From the IMG/VR virus record IMGVR_UViG_3300037067_020960: a stretch of DNA of 20,000 nt, one strand, 5' to 3'. This DNA comes from an uncultured virus (IMG/VR IMGVR_UViG_3300037067_020960). Its lineage: Duplodnaviria; Heunggongvirae; Uroviricota; Caudoviricetes. Position 1 is the first letter of the stretch, and each line of letters begins with the position of its first letter. The notes below the pieces were generated by a model. The model was given only the letters and a program-made list of their open reading frames with translations, was not told where the DNA came from and ran no database searches. The position numbers and the translations under genes were made by a program. Shown piece after piece: positions 15,566 to 20,000 of the stretch.

Positions 15566-17299
15566 ATGACCCTATCCGAACTAATTAAATACGCCTCAGA
15601 ATCTCATTCTTTAGAATATTTATTAACACTCCCAGTAATGAGTAAGATTGAAATGACAGGAGAAGATGGAACTAGATTTACTGTAATTGGAAAAAAAGGA
15701 TTATATTCTTATCAAGATCAGAATCAAAATTTTACTATAAGAGAATTAATTCAATTGCTTCCAATTCAAAAATATCAATTCCAAATAGAATTTGAATCAG
15801 AAGAAAGAGACATAGTGAATGAAGCTGGAATTCTTAGATCGGTAATTCAGAGAAAACCAGAATTAAAAGAAAAATTAAAAGAATTAGAATCTGAAATAGC
15901 TAAAGATCCTAAATCGACATATTATTATGCTCAAGATGTTATTAAAGGAAGATTCCCATTAGGAGAATCTGCGATAGCTCAAAGTGCTCAATGGGCATAT
16001 CAGTATGCTGAATATGTTATTAAAGGAAGATTCCCATTAGCAGAACCAGCGATAGCTCAAAGTGCTCAATATGCATATCAGTATGCTCGAGATGTTATTA
16101 AAGGAAGATTTGAATTAGGAGAATCTGTAATAGCTAAGGATCCTAAATGGGCATATTGGTATGCTAAAGATATCATTAAAGGAAGATGGATAGAAGGAGA
16201 ACCTGTGATAGCTACAAGTGCTGAACATTCTTGGAGATATGCTGCATATATTATTAGAGGAAGATGGGAACTTGGAGAGCCTGTAATAGCTAAAGACCCT
16301 AAATATATTAAAGAATACAGCAAATTATTTTTTAGACCACACGAAATAGATTTTAAATCAAAATCACTAAATAAATATAATAAATTTAGAGACTTATATA
16401 TTCATCAACTGAAGATTAAATTTCCTGAATGGATTAAGATTCCATTAGAATTCCAAGAAGGATATTTATTATATAGAGGTAATGGAGGAAAGAATTTAAA
16501 TCCTACTTCAAAAATTCTTGAGAAATGGAAATTAGCTAAAAATAAAATTGATAAATTGAAAATTGAGAAACAAGCTGGTTTACTTACATGGCTTCCTGAA
16601 AAGATTTTAAAATATATTATCAAAAATCCAAAATCTGTAATGGTTGATAGTAATCGTGGAGATTATTACAGAGCAGTAGAATTTTGGACTGGATGTATTC
16701 GTGATCTTCGAAAATTAGAATTACCATTTGATAACGTATTCGGATCAATTCTCAAATTGTTTACAAATGAATTAAAATCAAAAGATAATTCTGCAGGATC
16801 TGAAATTGAAAAACAAATTAAAGGAAAAAATTATCCAGAAGGAAAAATTTCAATTGATAGTGATGATACATTAACAAATTTTATCATCAATTATCAAGGA
16901 ACTAAAAATATTTTAGAAGTTCTTGCCGAAAAGAAAAATAAACTTAATCAGAATATTGCAAAAGTAATGGTTGGTGCTCCTGACAAAAAAGTGATTCAAA
17001 AAATGAATAATCAATTACAAAAAGTTGAACAACAAACTGATGAAGCAATTCAAATGGCCAAAAATAATCAAGGATTTTTTGTTTCATCTGATCATCAACA
17101 AAAAATAAAAAAAGCAGCTGTTGAAATAATAAAAGATCTTGATGAAATTAACGACGAATTTGATAAACTTGATCCTTGGACTACTTATAAAACAGCAGGA
17201 ATGATTAATTCTTTTAAAAATTTTGTAATTTCTATTTTTAAATGGATCAAATCTTTTTTTATTAAAATTGATGAATTAAAAAATTTAGTAAGGATGTAA
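15566..17299 (+). CDS. Mosaic protein (577 aa): N-terminal domain, 26-aa tandem repeats and a C-terminal region resembling ORF 11149
   Basis: SD AAGGAG. The repeats and the similarity to ORF 11149 are read directly from the translation. Confidence 0.8.
   Translation: MTLSELIKYASESHSLEYLLTLPVMSKIEMTGEDGTRFTVIGKKGLYSYQDQNQNFTIRELIQLLPIQKYQFQIEFESEERDIVNEAGILRSVIQRKPELKEKLKELESEIAKDPKSTYYYAQDVIKGRFPLGESAIAQSAQWAYQYAEYVIKGRFPLAEPAIAQSAQYAYQYARDVIKGRFELGESVIAKDPKWAYWYAKDIIKGRWIEGEPVIATSAEHSWRYAAYIIRGRWELGEPVIAKDPKYIKEYSKLFFRPHEIDFKSKSLNKYNKFRDLYIHQLKIKFPEWIKIPLEFQEGYLLYRGNGGKNLNPTSKILEKWKLAKNKIDKLKIEKQAGLLTWLPEKILKYIIKNPKSVMVDSNRGDYYRAVEFWTGCIRDLRKLELPFDNVFGSILKLFTNELKSKDNSAGSEIEKQIKGKNYPEGKISIDSDDTLTNFIINYQGTKNILEVLAEKKNKLNQNIAKVMVGAPDKKVIQKMNNQLQKVEQQTDEAIQMAKNNQGFFVSSDHQQKIKKAAVEIIKDLDEINDEFDKLDPWTTYKTAGMINSFKNFVISIFKWIKSFFIKIDELKNLVRM
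15887..16330 (+). repeat. 78-bp (26-aa) coding tandem repeat, 5 full copies plus 1 partial
   Basis: Units start at 15887, 15965, 16043, 16121, 16199 and 16277. Consensus E(S/P)xIA(KDP|xSA)xxAYxYAx(D/Y)(V/I)IKGR(F/W)xLG. DNA blocks such as TGTTATTAAAGGAAGATTCCCATTAG and GCGATAGCTCAAAGTGCTCAAT are duplicated exactly. Confidence 0.95.
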
Positions 17300-17300
17300 T

Positions 17301-18494
17301 GTGGCAGATTATACATATGATGTATCTAAACAATTTATTAAATCTCTTAATGGAGTTTGGGATTCTAGTAGTGCTATAAATTCTGAAGATCATCAAACTA
17401 TTACTGTAACATCTTTATTAAATCCACAAATTTTAAATTATTCTTTTGAATTATGGACTCAAAGAGAATTAAATCTGAATTCTACATTTCCCGAAGGAGA
17501 TTTTATAGAAGGTACAGATTTATATAAAATAAAAGATAATGTTCTTTATCCAACAGTTACCTATCCTAATACTTGGAATCCAAATAATGTATTTAAGAAA
17601 AAATCTCAATTAGTTTGGACAGGTTGTCTATATGATAATATTCAAATTGCTACAGATATAGAATTAATGTTTATTATTGATAATACACAATCAATGAATA
17701 TTATCATCGATAGAGTATTAGAAAGATTGTATGACATTATTAATAAATTTACTGCTTCAGGATTATCAGTGGCAATTTCAGTAATTACTGTGAATGATAT
17801 TTCTACATTGAATTATTCTGGACAAGTATCTCAGTGGATTACAAAATCTGTGTGTCCAAAAACTTTCGATATTTATGCTGTAAAGAAAAAACTTGAAGAA
17901 ATTTCTAAAACAGTTTTCAGCGGAGGAGATATTCTTGAACCACTTTATGATGGGCTTTATGTCGCTCTAACAGAATGTGCCAGTGTTACATCGAATATAA
18001 TTTTATTTATGATGAGCGATAATGAAGGAAAAATTGGAGGAATATTGCATCCTCAGCAAAAATCAAAATATTCTTATCAACAAGTGAAAGATTTAATTAT
18101 TAATAGAGGAAATGTCAGATTTTTCTTTTACGGATACAATTTTGATTCTGGGGCATCAAAACTTTATAGAGGTTCATATAAACCAACTGATTTGAATTAT
18201 CCTAATGGATACGAATCTGTGTCACATTCTGATTGCACATATATTAATGAACTTGCTGCTTTAACAGGTGGAAATGTAAATGGTAATTTAGATGTAATTA
18301 TTAATAATTTAGTGTCAATGTCGGACATTAATTTTACATATAATGTTAAAGAAATTCCTGATAAAAATGTTTATATATTGAGAGCATTAGCAGAAACATT
18401 AGATGGACAATTATATGAATACGAAATTAGCGATTTAATAGTTGGGGATAGAACTCCACCGAAACCAAAAAAACCATTGATTCGAGTTGTTTAA
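17301..18494 (+). CDS. von Willebrand factor A (VWA) domain protein, probably virion-associated
   Basis: MIDAS-like 'LMFIIDNTQSM', then 'GGDILEPLYDGLYVAL', 'LFMMSD' and 'LAALTGG'. GTG start 2 nt after the upstream stop. Confidence 0.82.
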   Translation: MADYTYDVSKQFIKSLNGVWDSSSAINSEDHQTITVTSLLNPQILNYSFELWTQRELNLNSTFPEGDFIEGTDLYKIKDNVLYPTVTYPNTWNPNNVFKKKSQLVWTGCLYDNIQIATDIELMFIIDNTQSMNIIIDRVLERLYDIINKFTASGLSVAISVITVNDISTLNYSGQVSQWITKSVCPKTFDIYAVKKKLEEISKTVFSGGDILEPLYDGLYVALTECASVTSNIILFMMSDNEGKIGGILHPQQKSKYSYQQVKDLIINRGNVRFFFYGYNFDSGASKLYRGSYKPTDLNYPNGYESVSHSDCTYINELAALTGGNVNGNLDVIINNLVSMSDINFTYNVKEIPDKNVYILRALAETLDGQLYEYEISDLIVGDRTPPKPKKPLIRVV

Positions 18495-18557
18495 GAATAT
18501 CTATTCTCTTTTATATGCGTCATATTTCTTTTAGGATATTTTGTTTCTAATTAAGTT

Positions 18558-18569
18558 TAAAATTTTTCT
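18558..18569 (+). promoter_or_regulatory. Putative -10 element (TAAAAT) for a leaderless late transcript
   Basis: TTTAAAATTTTTCT directly before ATG 18570, with no purine-rich SD in the 75-nt gap. Confidence 0.45.
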
Positions 18570-19265
18570 ATGCGCAATTTTGAACAAGTTCGTAAAAATT
18601 TATCGAAAATCGCTTTTCGTGAAAAAATTTTCACAGACGATATTGCATGGGGTGTAGCACCTAAAATCAAGTATAGTTTTGCTCCAGGAGATGTTGTTGA
18701 ATATACAGGTTACACAATGATTACAACTTATGATGGTGCGTTTTCTACTTATTTAAAACCAGGACAATTAGGTGTTGTTGTAAATGTCACGAATTTTGGT
18801 CAGGGATATTTGGTAAGTTGGGAGATTGGTGGTGGATATATGATGACTTCTCCTGTCAAAGCAGAAAATATAAAAAGCGTTTCAGGTGAAATAGAAAAAT
18901 TACATCTTGAACATGATAAACGGAAAGATGATATACTGACAAAATTAGTTGCTCCAGAACATGATATTGCGCAACAATCTAAAAAAGAAATAGAAAAAGA
19001 ATTTAGAGCTGAGCCTTTTGGAAAACCTGAAGCAGAAATAGACATTCCTGGAGATGCTCCAGAAACAGAAAATCCGAAAATTCATTTTAGTCCTATAAAT
19101 AAAATACCAGCCATGAGATATTCTGCTTCTAAAAATATTTCTTATCTTAAAAAAGCTTTAAATTTGCTTTCGAGAAATAAAGAAGCAATAAAATTGCTTT
19201 CTAATGTGTTATTACAAAAAACCATTAGCAATCTAAAGGAAAATGAAAATGCCACAAGAGATTAG
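18570..19265 (+). CDS. Hypothetical protein with SH3/KOW-like beta-barrel
   Basis: FAPGDVVEY...LKPGQLGVVVNV...YLVSW...VKAENI matches the SH3-like small barrel pattern. It is followed by a Pro/Glu linker and a basic helix. Confidence 0.65.
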   Translation: MRNFEQVRKNLSKIAFREKIFTDDIAWGVAPKIKYSFAPGDVVEYTGYTMITTYDGAFSTYLKPGQLGVVVNVTNFGQGYLVSWEIGGGYMMTSPVKAENIKSVSGEIEKLHLEHDKRKDDILTKLVAPEHDIAQQSKKEIEKEFRAEPFGKPEAEIDIPGDAPETENPKIHFSPINKIPAMRYSASKNISYLKKALNLLSRNKEAIKLLSNVLLQKTISNLKENENATRD

Positions 19266-20000
19266 AGGTGAACAAATACGAGATCAATCTATAAAAAGAG
19301 TTGATATAGAACTTAATTATAATGATAATGGGTCACTTCGTGCTGAGGATATTCCGTATAGTATATTATCAAGCATCAAAACAAAAATTTCAGAAATTAA
19401 TGTTGTTACAATTAACTCTTTAAATGATGTGATTATTAGTTCTCCTCAAGTAAATGATTTATTAATCTGGTCTTCTGCTGATTCAAAGTGGATTAATAGC
19501 AAAGATACATTAGATAATTTAGGAGATGTAGACACCGATGGTGTAATTTCAGGAGATTCATTGGTTTATAATGGAACGAATTGGATTGTGGGCTCACAAT
19601 TTTATGGCGGTGTCTACATCTTTTTTAAACAAGAACGATTAACAAAAGATGATGGATTAATTTCTTGTAATATGTCTCAATATCCAGCAACGATTTCTTC
19701 AGTAAATGTTTGGAGAAATGGTATTTTTGAAGAAAATGGCGTTGATTATGATGTAGTTGGTAAGAAAGTTGTGTTTTCATCACAAATTTCGACCGATGAT
19801 GAAGTTGTTGCATTTTATGGCAAATATCAATCTGCTATGAAAGGTATAAATGAAAGACCTACTGGTTTAATAAATGGTTCGAATATTCAATTTGTTTTAG
19901 ATAATAATCCGATAGGAAAAGAAGCTGTCATATTATTTCACAATGGAGTATTTCAGGAACAACAAATTGTTTATTCTTCTGTTTGGGCAGGTAGAGATTA
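19249..20000 (+). CDS. Tail fibre-like structural protein, 3'-truncated by the window edge (absent from the ORF track)
   Basis: The frame MPQEIRGEQIRDQSI... stays open to the window end, with SD AAGGA at 19236-19240. It has two fibre repeats (INSLNDVII...DLLIW....KWIN; LDNLGDVD...GDSLVYNGTNW) and two units of the type ERPTG.ING.N..F.L...P......LF.NG / VWRNG...ENGVDY.V.G..V.F seen in large-phage virion proteins. Confidence 0.85.
   Translation, partial: MPQEIRGEQIRDQSIKRVDIELNYNDNGSLRAEDIPYSILSSIKTKISEINVVTINSLNDVIISSPQVNDLLIWSSADSKWINSKDTLDNLGDVDTDGVISGDSLVYNGTNWIVGSQFYGGVYIFFKQERLTKDDGLISCNMSQYPATISSVNVWRNGIFEENGVDYDVVGKKVVFSSQISTDDEVVAFYGKYQSAMKGINERPTGLINGSNIQFVLDNNPIGKEAVILFHNGVFQEQQIVYSSVWAGRD

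Noticed and set aside
16078..16323. Minus-strand ORF with repeated GSLAIT motif
   Set aside because: It is the antisense shadow of the 78-bp coding repeat, with no SD or independent signal.
15887..16330. CRISPR array or DGR template/variable repeat interpretation of the tandem repeat
   Set aside because: Units are contiguous, in-frame and conserved at protein level with no unique spacers. Differences are not confined to adenines, and no RT or cas gene is in the window.
16460..16490. 'YLLYRG' as an ADP-ribosyltransferase first-strand motif
   Set aside because: No downstream S-x-S or catalytic E-x-E in the expected spacing, and the segment is too short for the fold.
18495..18541. Weak hairpin (GAATATCT/GGATATTT enclosing ATATG-CGT-CATAT) after the VWA gene
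   Set aside because: AT- and GU-rich with a large loop, so it cannot be supported as a terminator without folding or 3'-end data.
249..19813. All other minus-strand and nested short ORFs in the track (e.g. 249, 904, 4406, 4807, 5383, 8421, 11312, 11689, 13565, 13666, 14320, 15262, 16405, 18800, 19625)
   Set aside because: They overlap longer, well-supported + strand genes and have the composition expected of shadow frames in AT-rich DNA.
1..20000. Genome-wide stop-codon reassignment
   Set aside because: Long ORFs are intact in code 11, and TAG- and TGA-ending genes are followed closely by SD-led or overlapping starts.

Overview
Very AT-rich, gene-dense window with every credible gene on the + strand. 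TAA, TAG and TGA all act as stops, so the code is standard. It looks like part of a large tailed (jumbo-type) bacteriophage genome. Bases 1-3260 hold small accessory genes: a DenV/MSMEG_6728-type glycosylase, a permuted NlpC/P60 (YiiX-like) enzyme, Zn-finger proteins and an unlisted 52-aa basic ORF. That stretch also has a tRNA-remnant-like terminator and a good sigma70 promoter. Bases 3306-20000 form a virion module: a 1920-aa fibronectin-III chain, three proteins sharing one C-terminal domain (one with a thrombospondin-C-like lectin domain), a VWA protein and a tail-fibre gene that runs off the window. These beta-rich genes alternate with charged helical proteins. The helical proteins share an N-terminal motif and K-x-A sites and may be protease-matured, head-packaged proteins; one carries a variable 26-aa tandem repeat. 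No CRISPR array, reverse transcriptase, integrase or intact tRNA is visible. All family calls come from motif recognition by eye, not database searches.
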